A DNA stretch of 63,665 bases, from assembly GCA_028534125.1 (NCBI GenBank), contig CM052816.1, forward strand, positions 89,902,336-89,966,000, in the 5' to 3' direction. Each line of letters opens with the position of its first letter. Position 1 is the first letter of the stretch. The DNA is from Lama glama (lineage: Eukaryota). The notes below the pieces were generated by a model that made no database searches, had not been told where the DNA came from, and worked only from the letters and a program-made list of their open reading frames with translations. Below are positions 1 through 13,621 of this stretch, piece after piece. A program made the translations under genes and the position numbers.

Positions 1-572
1 TCTACCCCGAACTAGATTCTTGATAAAAATCCATATTGCTGACAATTTTTTTTTACAAATATGTTCTGAAAGCCAAAAATGAGCTGGCAAAATAACAAAA
101 GTTGTGACTCTAGCCTACATAAAGTTAATTCAGATTCAAAAATATAGCACTTAAAAGTGTAATTCACAAACTTAGATTTAAAAGAAAGTACAACATGTGG
201 TTGATCGGTAAAAGAAAGTTTGAACTATAAGATCTTTCTTTATAATTCAAATAATGAGAACACTTTAGACAATGAAAATCAATAAGCTTTCAATGATTTT
301 GAACAACTTAGACCTCTGGGCAACCTAACAGATCTGTTGAAGTTTATAAAATATGAATTTTCTAATGATCTACATCAAGATTATTTTGGTCAAAATGCAT
401 GAGCACCATTATTGTGAAACTAATGATAGAGCATTTGGATTACTTTTTGATGTTTATTAAAGGAAGATTGAATGTAATTAATCTCTTTGTTATATTGTTT
501 CATATGGACATAAAAGTTTTATTCTCTTTTCTACATATATAGGGATAAAAAGTCTCATCAAAGAACTACATG

Positions 573-1215
573 TGTTACCAAATTATACTTGGATACCCTT
601 GTCTGAGGCATAGCAAATTTGATCTACTGACACCTAGTTGTAGTGAGGGAAAGTACAGCCTTTATTGCAGGGCTAAGCAAGGAGAATAGGCACCTCTGCT
701 CTAAAGACCCAAGTTCCCCAAAGGCTTTTGGAGAAGGGTTCCTAGATGCAACATTAGGGTTGATGGCTGTACGGTTCCTGATAAGTTTCTGCGCAGTCTT
801 CTGATTGGTTAGTGGTGAGGTAACAGGGTAGTATTTTGGGAGTCAAGGTTGTCAACCTACTAGTTCCAACTGGTTTGGGGTCTAAGTACTCCTGGTCAGC
901 ATGCAGTTAACTTCCTCCACCTGGTAGAAGTTTTAGTATCTGCAAAACAGCTGAAGGATGTTACCTATAGCCCTTGAGGAGGAACTAAATGTCCTTGACC
1001 TTAATCATATGACTCAACTAATATTATTATTTTTTTTTTGCTTGACTCTTTTCCTTTGCTTCTGCATTTTCTCACTTCTCAGATTAAATCTGTCCTTTGG
1101 AAGTCAGGAAAGCCTAGGAATCTAAAGCATTTTTTTATAAACAAAAGGCAGGGGATGCAGAGACATGGGGGGAGATCTATCTCCAGGAAGGCCCCACAGG
1201 GTGCTTGGTTTTGCA
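573..1215 (-). mobile_element. Solo ERV1-class LTR
   Basis: TG...CA termini (tgttacc...ttgca). Minus-strand AATAAA (ctttattgc, ~660) and CCAAT (ctgattgg, ~801). Shares blocks with 55485-55964 (tttattgcagg, ctgattggtt, gcagttaa/gtagttaa, cttggtt/ctcggtt end). Confidence 0.8.
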
Positions 1216-1439
1216 TATATGAACTTGGTAGTGCTAATTCTTAAGGAGTATAATTTATTCTCTCCCACTGATTTCTATCAATATCTTGATGATAAATCAA
1301 GAATATGCTTATAACACATGGACACACATCACACACATATATGGAAATTGTATATATATTGGTTTAACATTGACCAAAAAACTATTGTACATAAACCTCC
1401 TCTACTCATCAGAGAATTATTGTTCTTTGCTTTGACATG

Positions 1440-1907
1440 TGTTAACTCCAAGGGAGAATTTTTTTTTTTTTAAGTGTTACCCTAAATACACCTAGGAGGC
1501 AATAATAAGGTAGAAAACATTTATTTGGGAATCCAAGAATTGCAATTCAGGACACACAGATTTTGAAAGCAACCCAAACAGTATCTCAATAAGGAGTAAA
1601 AACCAATGGCTTTTAAAAACAAAGAAGGGAGATTTGCATTACAAAGAATTAGAATTGGAATTGGACGCAGAAGCTAGTCTTAACTAAACAGGATTGAGTG
1701 CTAAGGCTGTTACTAGAGGAAGGAAAAGTCCACTGCTCTGACACCTTGTAGGTGTCCTTTTTGAGTTCTTGGAATACTTGTGGTCTGACCTAGTTCAAAG
1801 TCAAGGTTCCACCAAGTGAGGACATGTATTAAACCTCATGAATGGCCTTCTGGCTCCATTTTAAAAGAGCTTGATATAAGTGTTTTAATTTCATTTCACA
1901 TTTCACA
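1440..1907 (-). mobile_element. Solo LTR, ERV1 (MER4/MER34-group-like)
   Basis: tgttaac...tttcaca termini. Minus-strand poly(A) signal (tttatt ~1519). The minus-strand 5' part reads tgtgaaa...aaaatggagcc, typical of this group. Confidence 0.6.
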
Positions 1908-3594
1908 AAAGAAATATCTCACTGAATAGAGTGTACCATTGATAACAGAAGCAATAGCGTGCTTTTTCTTTATCTAAAACAATTTTCCATTTTGAAGACC
2001 TAACATGAGAAAGTTCTTTAGGTTCTCAGTAATAGAAAAAAGAAAAATATTGGATTCCTTTGATGCTGTTTTAAGGAAATTAACACATTTTAAGTATGTA
2101 TCTTTTTATTTGTATTTTTTAATAGAAAGATCAACGCCATACATGTCGCTCCTGCTAACACCTAATGGTACACATTTTTTACACTAACTATGTTTTCCAT
2201 TTCATCTAATTTTTCTAATGTTATTTTTCCCATGTTTGGATTTTCTCTTGTTGTGTCTTGTATGGTATAGGTTACTGCAGGCAAACTATTTTTCTTTTGG
2301 TTGTTTTACAGACTTCATTATATAGGTTGAAGAAATGATTAGGTTTTTTTTTTTTCCAAAATATGTTCAACGTATTTAGCTTTCTTTGTGCTTACCCATA
2401 CAGTGATTAGCAAGATTGTGCACATTTCTTAAATCATTTTGAAGCTGCAATAGGATGTGGAACAGAATATCTACCTTTATTGGAGGACTTATTTTAAACT
2501 AGGAACTATTACAGACTTTATAGGCATATGTCTAATTTTATAAGCATTATAAGAGTAAGTTTTCAAAATGTTGATGCTAAGTGAATAATCTCAGATCATA
2601 AAAGTGATCTAAAATTATATAAAATTGATGTAAAATCAGTGTTCCGTGGCTTCCTGTCCACGATCTTGCTGCTTCACTGATGCAGTGGTCCTTCATAACT
2701 AAACTTCCTCATGCTCATTCTACATCCAACTTGGTCAGCTCATGAAATACTGCTTCCTAAATGTCACTCCTTTTAAAATAGTAAGGTAAAAATTAAACCA
2801 AACAAATTCATTTATTAGATTGTTTACCATGAGCTATGTTTTGTGTAAAGGTCCAAGGAAAAGAAACCACAGGTTCACCTTAAAATCCAAAAGGAAAATA
2901 CCTCCGTTAGTGTTTTGTATGTCAACTTGATTTTAGTTTTGTTCAGCGAATGTGAAGACGGGGAATTCAAATTCAATAAAGAATATCACCATTACTCTTT
3001 ATGAGATCATTGGGAAATATTTACTAACCATTATAAGCCTAAATCCCAATCAGTTTGAGATTTTCCCTTGACTGCTTCTAATTTATTATTATTTTTTGCA
3101 AAGCACAGTTTTAATGATTATTATCACACCCTCATACTTCTTGGAAACACAATTCAGTTCACCAATTAAATCATCTGTGGCATCTGATTTTCTTAAACTA
3201 GCTTTTTTCTTAACAAATATTTTTAAAGTCATTATATGCTCCTATTTTGATACGATATTTAGAAGAAAAGAAGCTGAAGATTGACAAACGGTGATGTTCT
3301 TGCTTAAATGTTGATTTAAGTTGCAATTCTTATAAAGGAAGTTGTTCAATATAAATGATTTACTTCAATATAAATATCTCCTATCAGTTGTAATATTTTT
3401 GTCAGAAATAAGCTTTCCTCAATTAATTTCTTTCCTTGTGATCTATTTATAAGAAATATTTTTGCTTATTACAGTATGAATGAAATTTCACATCTTATGT
3501 TCATAAAAGTGATATATTTATTACTGCATACATAATATAAAGATATGGATACTCTAAAGGTAAACAACAATATTTTATAAAAGGTAATTTTTCC

Positions 3595-4230
3595 TGATGG
3601 AAAAATAAGAAAGACACATTAGTTCTTTCAGCATTTACTTTGGAAAACTTGTAGTTTTAAAGTCTTTCTCTGCTTCTCTGAAATGTGTGTAAAGCTTTTT
3701 ACCAGTTAAACGAGCCTCTTAATTTTTCAATCTAGTAATGTTTCTTCAAGGATCTAGGAGTTATTTCTTTACAATATCATCAGGAAAGACAGTCCTCCTC
3801 ATCTCCTTGTTTCTGTGGGAGTGTAGGAGGCTAATCTGGGCTGGTGCCTAGCCTTAAGTTCTGACATAAAGGTATGAGAAGTTTATTTTTCTTTTGGAAA
3901 AAAGCCAATTAGCTAACACAAATGGTCATCCTAACTACCAGGTGAATTCGGATACACTACATGCGACAAATGGTGCTGTCAAGTCCTCTTACTGGAGCAC
4001 TAGTCATCATTTATCTTATGAATTGGTATGTAATGGGTTGTGTCCACTTGGCTGTAAAAAGGGTGAGATTTCTTTCTGACTTAACAGTCTCTTTAGTGGA
4101 CTGCCTGTGACTTCACACCAAAACCTGATTAAAATTTTATTCACTAAGGAAGATGTTTTCTTTCTCTTCTACTTTGGTGAAGAGGTCTTTCTGAGCTGGT
4201 AAGAGACTCAATGAGATGTAAGTCCCCAAT
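3595..4230 (+). mobile_element. MER34-like LTR (ERV1)
   Basis: Diagnostic-looking blocks aagccaattagctaacacaaatgg, caaatggtgctgtcaagtcctcttact, and 3' end tttctttctcttctac...ccccaa. Confidence 0.7.
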
Positions 4231-5139
4231 ATTACTCTACATGCTCTCCTCTTTCAAAGCTCCCCCCTGATTAAGATCTTCAACAAAAGGGACAATATAT
4301 ATTTCAATTATATTTTGCTGAAACAGGAAATTTCCAGCTCTTAGAAAACTGAAAATCTCCATTATTTAATGTAGAATTTAAAAAATTAAGATTGTAATCA
4401 TGCAATAGTAGAATTCCACAAGCTAATGTTAAGCATATTCTGCCTTCATTGTCCGGAGACATGTACCATTATGGCATCTTACTCTAGGAGTGTTTTGTTT
4501 TTTCCTTTAACTGTATATGAATTCATGTATGTAAAATATCAGGCATGTTCTCAGTGGACATTAGGGTTTAGCTTTTGTTTTGTTTTATTTTTGTACTCCC
4601 AGGTCTACTCTATTCCAAACATTGAGAGACTGAGACCAAATTTCCAAGTGCAGTTCAAGAAATGATACTCTAGTGATGTTTGTTTTGTTTGGACTATAGG
4701 CTATAATATAAATCAACCTTAGAAAGGATTTAGATTTTAGATTTTAAAGGATTTAGATGCCTCCAGAAACATCTGAAACAGGAATCATTCTGCTTCTTTT
4801 CTGCATGTTGTTCCAAGATATTGGATTTTTAAGTTAATAAAAAAGTTGCAAACATGAAAAGAATGAACTATTATTTGCTTGATGCATACCAATATATATG
4901 TAGACTCTGTCCTTTCAGATAAAACCTGCTGGTTATTTGAAATCTTTTATCTGTGATTTCTTAGTCTGTATGGCTTATTTGATTTGAAAGTCAAAAATCT
5001 CATTAAATTTAGGCATGCAGCAAAATGTGTTAAAATTCTTAACAGAATGTGGTTCTTGCTCTCATTCCAACCCACCTCCAGCACCTAGGAGTTCTCTTAC
5101 AAGGTTATATTCATTTACTCTCTACCCAGATCACTTTTA

Positions 5140-5302
5140 AACTAACATATAATTTACATATTTATAGCATTTATTTTTATAGTTTCTCTCCTCCCACTAG
5201 AATGCAAACTTTATGTGGGCAGATATTTTTGTCCCATTTTTTTCACTACTGTATTGTAAGTGCCTGGCACATAAATTGTGATCAAAAAATGTTTATGGAA
5301 TA
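5140..5302 (+). mobile_element. L2 LINE 3' end relic
   Basis: ctctcctcccactagaatgcaaact...gtgcctggcacata...aaatgtttatggaa matches the L2 3' terminus. Confidence 0.7.
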
Positions 5303-6524
5303 CATTTTTTAAATACTATGAGCTTAATAAATATTACTTGAATTTTAATATCAATTATAATTGTAATTCATCTTTAACTCATTATCCATTCATATTGAAT
5401 GTTCTTACACTTATCTACTTACTTCTATTGGATGTGACCTCAACAAATAAGTTGCTAATTGAAAGGGACCTCAAAAGCCATCCAAGTAACTTCACTCCAA
5501 GGTCTCTGAAACAAAGTTATATAACCTCTGGTTGAAGAATTTCACAGACCATCTCCAGCACACTCCATTTTTCATTCAGCTATGTTGAAAATGTCAGTCT
5601 TATAGCTTGTCAAGTTCTCAATCGTGACTTTCCCTCAGAATTGTTAAATTCTTAACAGCAGCTTTGAAGGATGAATAAAAGAAGCCGCCTTGGGCTTAGC
5701 CAGGACAAGTGCTAGAGTTAAGAAAGGGGTGACATTGAATTCAGAGGTGTTAGGTATAGAATAAGGTACAGCATCTGAGGATCGGCTCCCTAGGAAATTT
5801 AAGGAAAATGTGAGCGCTAGCCTTTGGAGACAGTGGATGAGTGTGAGCATTTTCTGTCTAGAGGAAGGCATGGGAATAGACTGTAGGCAAGAGATTTTTA
5901 AATGGTTTCCTTTATCTGTCCAGATCCACTATAAAAAGCCAGTTTTAAGCACTGAATACCCCAGGTCAGCTTTGATTACTACACAGTAATCTATGGCCTT
6001 CCTATGATTCAATACTACAGTCATATTAATTAAACCCAAGTTTATTCTTGATTCTTAACAAGCGCATCCTTCTTTTGGTAGAAAGCATTTAGTATCGAGC
6101 ACAGAAAACTGACTCCAACAGATATTTTCATTAGGATTTACTGTTAACTCAGGATTCTCTTCACCTGACTTTGTAGAGCTGAGCCTTTGACTCTAAAACC
6201 AAGGCTTGCATTTTTTCCCATTTTAAAGCTAATTAGTGGAGATGATTCTCTTGCTTTGCCAGTAACTGTATTTTGATTCTGGCAACAAATATTTCAGCTG
6301 TTCCTTCTAGACATGTATTCATGAACTGAATTAGATATGCCTTCTGTGACTTTTCAATGATAAAATGCTTAAAGGTTGGAATGGATGGAACAAAGGATAA
6401 AGAATTTGTGTCATGTTCTTACCCACCCACTGTAAAATATGTCAAGTACCTAGCTATACCTTCTACTTTAGATATTTCCTCTAATTTCCACATCACTGTG
6501 AGTAGTTTTAAAATGTAAATAAAT

Positions 6525-6526
6525 GA

Positions 6527-6586
<60 letters not shown>

Positions 6587-6609
6587 AAAAAAGAAAGAAA
6601 GGAAGAAAG
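6525..6609 (+). repeat. (GAAA)n microsatellite
   Basis: Directly visible tetranucleotide array with a degenerate tail. Confidence 0.97.
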
Positions 6610-7639
6610 CCAGCTAGCCAGCCACCCCAATCTGGTTAAGCAGCTCATTCATGAATCATTTTTTAGTAAGTAATTGAGGAAGAATTAAACCAGGTTCAAA
6701 ACCAAAAACTCATATTCTGTTCTCTTCTATCTTTTCTCTTCTCTTCTGTTCCATAGTATTCCATTCTGTTCCATTCTATTTTTGGTTGTAATGAATTCTT
6801 TACTTCTCCCCATCACATTCATAGTAAGGAAAAAAAGTCAAATTAGACTTCATATTTTCAATGATATTGAAAACGACCAATGTTTTGATCAAATTTCGGT
6901 ATCTGGTTAATGATAAAAGGATTCATCAGTACAACTGAATTGTCCTTTTAACTATGTTATTCTGTCTGTCATTGGACTAGAAGTTTGCTTCATAACATAG
7001 CACATTGTTGTGATTCAGGTATTGATACTAAGCTTTCATTTCCCAGGAACAATTTATAGTAATTTCTCTCAGATTACTAACAGAAAATTTTAAGTAATGT
7101 TTGCATTTTTGTGTGTTGTTTGTTTCGTCTGGTTTTGTTTAAGTTCTGACTTATAAAATCAGTGAGCCTGAAGGCAAGTTCACTCAAAGCCACAAAACAT
7201 CCACCATTTTATAAGTTGGAATGTTTTGAGCTACTTCATAAATTTAATTGAAGTTGATCTACTCTTGAAGTTCATTTTGTTTAATGGGAGAGGAACCTGT
7301 GGTTTAGGTCTGTTCTATGTATTGTCTGTTAACACCACCATCAGCCCCAGACTGTGGCTCTATCCCTTCCTTTAATATTGCTCTGAGTAGCCGTCACAAA
7401 TGAACTGACTTCTGAAAATTTTACATTAAAAATAACATTAAGCATCTGCACAGTAAAAGAATAATTCAATCACACTCTTCCTTTGACATTCCTAGTAGGG
7501 GAAAATACTTCTAAATTGATTGAGCTGTGAAACTGGGCACCTTATCTCTATTCTACATAGCTAAATGTTCATTAAAAGCCAGATTATTCATTGGTTTTGG
7601 GGTTAAAATCTAAAACAAAACTGTATTAAATGCTTTTTG

Positions 7640-8230
7640 ACAGGTAAATGGTTAAAGAAAATGTCATATATGTTATATATATGTGATATATAATAGTTAT
7701 ATATAAAATATATTTTATATGTTATATCTAATATATATAGGTTTTCAGTCATAAAAATAAGGAAGAAATCCTGCTATTCACAGCAATATGGATGAACCTG
7801 GAGAACATTATGCTAAATTTAATAAGCTAGACAGAGAAGGACAAATATCACATGAGATCACTCATATGTGGACTCTAAAAATGTCTAACTCATAGAAACA
7901 GAGTAGAGTGTTGGTTGCCAACACTGGAGAGTGTGGGAAATGGAAAGATATTGATCAAAGGGTACACACTTTCAATTAAAAGGTGAATATGTTTTGAGGG
8001 TCTAATAGACAGCAGGATGACATAGTTAATAATGTTGTATACTTGAAATTACTAAAATAGTAGATCTTAAGTGTTCTCAACACACACACAAAAATGAACT
8101 ATGTGAGATGATGGATGTGTTAATTAATTTGACTGATAATCACAGTGGTATGTATATCAGATCATCACATTGCACACTTTAAATGTATACAATTTTATTT
8201 GCAGTTCTACCACAGTAAAGCAGAAAAAAA
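7640..8230 (+). mobile_element. L1 3' end (L1MA9-like)
   Basis: ORF2 C-terminal/3'UTR motifs gaaatcctgctattcacagcaatatggatgaacctggag and gtagatcttaagtgttctc. Ends in an A-rich tail. Internal (TA)-rich expansion at ~7665-7740. Confidence 0.85.
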
Positions 8231-8499
8231 ATGTTCCTGAAGAAAAAATGTATATTAATATTTTGATAATTTTAATAATAAAGAAAACATGGTAACAAAG
8301 AGTTTATTAATATATAAAAATATGTATATAAATATGTATATGTATATACAACTGTATATAAAATACATTTGAATTCTATACTAAAAATCATTATTTGTGT
8401 GGAATAATAATATATGTATATGTAATAATAAGGAAAGTCCATCTTTGTATGTCATTGAACATAAGAATGGACACATTTGAAATTCTCATTTTTATTCCT

Positions 8500-8955
8500 A
8501 ATTTCATTGCATGGCTGAATGTGCTACATACAGTATGTGGTCATTAACATATTGTTAGACATTTAGATTATTTTTGTTTGGGGGTATTAAAAAATAAATT
8601 TCAGTAAAAATTCTTCTTTATAATCCAGTGTTGATTTGATTGATGGATTTCCTAAAGATCAATTCGCAAAACTGGAATTGGAAAACTCAGTCACAAGTTG
8701 GTACCAAGTATTGAAAATACGTTACTAAACAACTATCTAGAAATGTTATACCACGTTGTACTGCAAACTGCAACATACAAACGTCCACTTCTCCAACCTG
8801 TAGCCGAAGACAAGTATTTCTATTTAAAATGATATTCGGCCATCTATTGAATAGAAAGTAATATTGCATGGCTATTTTATTAGGTGTATTTGAACACTAA
8901 TAAGACTAATTATATTTTTGCACATTTTTCTCCATTTGCTTTTTCATTGTGCTGA
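8500..8955 (-). mobile_element. Old L1 (L1ME-like) fragment
   Basis: Degenerate antisense L1 ORF2 3' motifs (ttagacatttagatta...; tgaatagaaagtaatattgcatgg...). Confidence 0.5.
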
Positions 8956-10029
8956 ACCAGTGTTTTCAGAACCCTCAGATGCCTGGTTCTCCAGAGTTCT
9001 CTCCAACATTCAGACATAAAATGGGAAAATAACTGAGTCACAGTCTCTTAGAGAAAAAAAAAATGTGAAAGCAAATATTCAAACCCCCCCCCCCCAAAAT
9101 CAGTTAATAAAACTCATGCTAGACATAATTTTTCTCTTTGGAAACTCTCCAAACAAATACATTTTGCTTTGCCAAAAATAAGTATCAGGAGGGAGTTTTT
9201 CAACATTTATTGCACTGGAACTGTAACAACCATTGTTGGACTAGTACTATCGCATTTAAAAAGCGCAAACTTCTCAGTACTCGTCATCTGGAAAATTTTC
9301 GAAATAATTTGTGTCCTCAGCAAAAGATCATGGCAAAAATTAAAACGTAGTAAGCAGATGCAGATAGATATCAGCTTTAGGGGATAAGCATGAGAACATG
9401 CGTAACTGGGGGAAAAAATATCCTGCCCCCCTGCCTGCTACTTACCTGCTCTAAAACTTTCAAAGGTTCTTGGGTGCCGTGCTCTCTCAAAATGAGAAGC
9501 ATATCAAATTACATAGTTTCTAAACTCCCCTTTCTTTTCCACAGAACCTTTGTTTGCACTGACCACTTGCTCAAACCTCTCCACCCCATCAGAATAATCT
9601 TGAGATCTCATCAACAAGACTCTTCAGCACAAGACCAACCAAGAAATTTTGTTGCCTTTGATGCCAAAACAGTTATAAATCGCATTCCACTAACTTATGT
9701 AAGAAATGCAACTTCATTGTATCCTGACTCAGTTACTTTTTGCCCTCAAAGAAATACAAGATTAATGTGTGAAAAAAAAATTTGTTTTAAAAAGTAATGT
9801 TTTCTGTAGCTTGGTGAAAAAGCAGTTCTGTTCAAGGTCTGCTCTCAATGCAGTTCTGGTCTTTGTTCTAACAGGAATCGGAGGTCGCTGCTTCTGCCGG
9901 CAAGCTGTCACATTGTCCCTGACCCAGGCAGCAAATGCAGCGATGTTGGTCAGCTCTCTGCTTTCTATAGTGTAAAAAGGCTGTTATTCAAAATGGTCCC
10001 TGACCACTAACCTGTGTGATCAGTCCAGC

Positions 10030-10570
10030 TGGATGAGGATCACCGCTCCAGTCTCTGTAAAGTACATATTATTTTTCTTGTTCTGCCTGAGAGCTTGTGA
10101 CAGTTTCTCTTAGTATTATGTCACTAGAGCAGGATATGCTTAATCCGTTCTTTCTTACCAAGCTTCCTGGAATTCTGTGAGCCTTTTAAATTTGCTGATT
10201 CCTCTTTGATACAGAGAAAATTTCTGCTATGATCTCACCTTCTCTTCCTCTGCTGTTTTCATCTTCTGGACTGTAAGCTATTCACATAAAAATTTTCCCG
10301 GATCTGTAAACACCACAAGACAGACGTCTAGGGGTTGTGCTGTGTGGATGGTGCCCTTAGAACTGCGTGAGTAGTGGTCCTACCTAATGAGACCTCTGCT
10401 CTGAACTCTTATCTTTTCCCTTTTGATGTCCAAGTCTGAGTAGATTTGCTTTGAATCTTGAGCTATTTCTTTCATTTGCTTGCCTAGGTCATCAATTAGG
10501 GTTTTAACAATGACCATCCTTTTTCTCTATTCATCCACTTAAATGTTGGAACATTATTATATTCAAGTTA
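10030..10570 (-). mobile_element. HAL1/old L1 ORF1-like relic, probably with a small MER91-like insert at ~10325-10385
   Basis: Minus-strand translation LIDDLGKQMKEIAQDSKQIYSDLDIKREKIR resembles the ORF1 coiled-coil. Downstream aaaggctcacagaattccagg matches HAL1-type sequence. Confidence 0.5.
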
Positions 10571-10765
10571 TATGAAAATGTTTACATGCTGAAACGGGCT
10601 GTCATGAAGCACTCTTACTATTATGGTTCTTGCTGTTATTGTTGTTTGTATTGGAGTTATCCATCTTTTGGTCATTTGTTTTTCTTTAAGAGCAGTCTAT
10701 TTCATTACGTCTAATTCTTCTCCATGTGTGATGTGAAACACACATGAGTGTGCTCTTATTGGCCT

Positions 10766-11279
10766 CGAATAGGGAAGAACAGATCTGACTCTGTAGTAAA
10801 TCTCTTTCTTTAGCTCTAGCCTTGGGCTCTGTTTCCTGTGCTGAGTCATGCTGGTTCTGCACCATTGGTAAAAGAATGTTGCCTAGAGCCTGAAATATAC
10901 AGGAGAGCCCATTCTCGAGACTCTGACCTTTAAGGGTAGAACACTTTTCCATTCATATAGACATAAAAAGTTGCGAAACAGAAAATAGTATTTTTTTTTT
11001 GGAGGTTTGCGGGAACAACATGACCTGATCCGCGTGGACAGCTGCAAAAACAAAGGATTCTGACACCAACAAGTTCGCAACAACCAACCACACCCCCTCC
11101 CTTTTTTGGTATAAAAAGCCTGAATTCTGACTTGGGTAAGATGGTTGTCTAGGACATCAGTCTCCCATTTTCAGTCATCCAGCTTTCCAAATAAAGTTGT
11201 AATTCCTTGCCCCAGCACCTCACCTCCTGATTTATTGGTCTGTCCTGTGGTGATCAGAATGAATTTTGGCTCAGTAGCA
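10766..11279 (+). mobile_element. Solo ERV1 LTR (same family as 38216-38703)
   Basis: TATA (ggtataaaa ~11108), AATAAA (~11190), ends ctcagtagca. Approximate TSD gcct/gtct. Clear homology with the 38.2 kb copy (agcccattctc..gactctgacctttaa). Confidence 0.85.
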
Positions 11280-11670
11280 GTCTAAGACATTCATGGGTGC
11301 TTAGATCTGATTGCTGGTGCTTTCTGAGCAGCAGGAATTCCACCAGGCACTCAGCTCCTCCCCAGTCTCACCTGCACAGGACTCCGCTTCTCTGTTGACA
11401 CGATGCTCTGTGCCTGCAGCGTTGCAGCCAGCAGGTTACCAGTAGAAGCACTAGCAGAAAACACCTATCATCTTCATTGATTCAGGAGCAAAGGTTAGGA
11501 CTCTTCCAGCTACAGGAGCAAACACTTACCCAGTTTCTCCAATTTTCCTTAGGAGCCTGTGAAGTCAGCTGGTTTTCTGCTGAACTCTCACTGGTGGGGC
11601 CAGACTTCCATTCCAGGGTGGACGTGCATTTATACCTGTTGAATGTTTTCCAAAATCCGTGCGTTCTAAT

Positions 11671-12332
11671 TGTTGCTGGTAGATGTAACCAGTGTCCAGG
11701 TTCATGTCCCGTTCCAGAAGGACTTCAGAGATGAGACACAGAGGTTGAGAAAGTAAAGTGAGGATTTATTAAGGAATGGATTGTACACTCACTCTCAAGG
11801 GGAGAGGGGCAGGCTCAGGAGAGCAGCTGTGCTGAGTTTCTTTGGCAAGGTGGTTACACAGGGTGTAAAAACGAATGAGCAGAATATTCACTGGGGAGGG
11901 AAGGGTTTGGGATCCTATTTCTGATTTTCATCCCAACTCCACCTTCGCAAGGGAGGAGGGAGTTCTGTCCTTATTTAGTCTGGATGGGAAGTGCCATGGC
12001 TTCGGTGCATGATAGGTACTTCTAATCTGCAAGGCTAATTTTATTGAAATGAGGGCATAATGAGCAAAAGGTTACATTCAGACACTAGAGATTCCTGCCT
12101 TTTCCCACCTGTCTTTGTCGGCCTCCAGGCCACTCATCACCCCAAAACGATGTGACCACTTATCAGCTCAGAGGTTCCTGCTTTTCTTTCTCTGTCCAGG
12201 GACCCCTGGTGTTTACACGATGTATGATTTCCTGCATTTGTCCTGTTTCCTTCCTTTCTGCCCAGTTCCTGCCATTTGGCCTGCATCCCCCTTTCTCTGT
12301 TCATATCTAACTATCTGTCTGCTCTAATAACA
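11671..12332 (-). mobile_element. Solo ERV1 LTR
   Basis: TG...CA termini and minus-strand AATAAA (gatttattaag ~11763). Near-TSD taat/caat. The terminal block atctaact..ct is shared with 41603-42142. Confidence 0.75.
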
Positions 12333-12354
12333 CAATCATCTCCTATTCACCCCC

Positions 12355-12800
12355 GTGGTGAGGAAGAGATTGTTCCTTTAAGATTATAGGAAGAGCAGAA
12401 CGTGCAACACCTGCCACCGGACAGAGAAGACACACAGGGGTTTATTAGTCACATGTCCCCACAGCCTGGAAGAGAATGTTGCTTCACCCAGGACCACACA
12501 GAACAGGGGGACAGTCAAGGGAGTCAGGATTTGTAGTAACAAGAGGCGGTGGTCCCCTTGACTCCCATAGGAGGATTTCATTGGCTTGTTTGAATGATCC
12601 CATGTGCTGACAGGAAACTGAAGCCCACTGCTCAGGGGTAAGTAGGCACAGTGCTTGGCCCCTTTGAAAAGGAAGGTTGTTTGGCTGGGGAGCAGAGCAG
12701 GGGCAGGAACGTGCACTTAGGTCATCCAAGGCCCTCCTGATTTCACCAGATGTCAAGGGGACATGTCACATTGGGCCCGAATTACAGGTCTTACATCACA
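12355..12800 (-). mobile_element. ERVL-class LTR (MER74/MER76-like)
   Basis: gtttattagtcaca, cattggcttgtttgaat and gaaactgaagcc motifs. Ends ...catcaca. Confidence 0.65.
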
Positions 12801-13339
12801 GTCGGGTGAAATCTTCATCCAAGGGCTCTCAGCCACTCCCCACTAGGGTCCAGGCACAAGAGAAGCTGAGCCCTGGCCACTTTCTTCATTAGTCTGGACA
12901 AAGCCTTAGCTCTGGCTTTCACTCCTCATAAGTACAGTCCGCTGCTCAGCCTGGAGAAGCTTCGGGCAGATAGAAAAGTCCAGTTGGGAGGGGCACAGCA
13001 GGAGGCTGAATTCTAACCCTACTTACGTCTCCCCAAGGCTGGACCAGGGATGCTGCTAAAGAAGCAGCAGGGTGACATTTATCAATTTCTCTGTTGCTAT
13101 ACATGTAATCATTCACTATTAGGAATTCCCGACACCACATTAGTGCAAGCTGTCATTTTTCTCAGTGTTAAGTGTGGTCCTGGTGAAAGGGAAAACTGTA
13201 ACATCAATATGTAGAAGCTTTAATTAAAGCTTTTAGACAATTTGTGTATTTAGAAATAACAGGTATGCCTTGCAGATAGTACACGTTCAGTTCCAGACCA
13301 CCAAAACCAAAGGAACATCATAATAAAGCAAGTCACACA

Positions 13340-13517
13340 AATAGCACAGGGAAATATACACAAGATCTTATGGTAGCTCACAGAGAAAAAAATGTGACAA
13401 TGAATATACACATGTTCATGTATAACTGAAAAATTGTGCTCTACACTGGAATTTGACACAACATTATAAAATGATTATAAATCAATAAAAAATGTTATAT
13501 TGTTAAAAAAATTAATA
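13340..13517 (+). mobile_element. Young camelid-type L1 3' end, 5'-truncated
   Basis: Perfect 18-bp TSD aataaagcaagtcacaca (13322-13339 / 13518-13535). AATAAA and A-rich tail. Confidence 0.9.
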
Positions 13518-13580
13518 AATAAAGCAAGTCACACAGATTTTTTTTTTTTGGTTTCCCAATGCGTATAAAAGTTATGTTTA

Positions 13581-13621
13581 ACAACATTGTACAATTATTA
13601 TAAATCAATAAAAAAGTTTAA
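13581..13621 (+). mobile_element. 41-bp L1 3' terminal insertion
   Basis: 14-bp TSD aaaagtt(a/g)tgttta (13567-13580 / 13622-13635). The insert matches the terminal part of the L1 at 13340-13517. Confidence 0.8.

Noticed and set aside
9160..9780. Processed pseudogene on the minus strand (AATAAA at ~9207)
   Set aside because: No poly(A) tail, TSD or recognisable coding homology.
10686..10952. Paralogous peptides KGQSLENGLSCI (also 38247-38519)
   Set aside because: Antisense translations of two copies of one LTR family, not a gene family.
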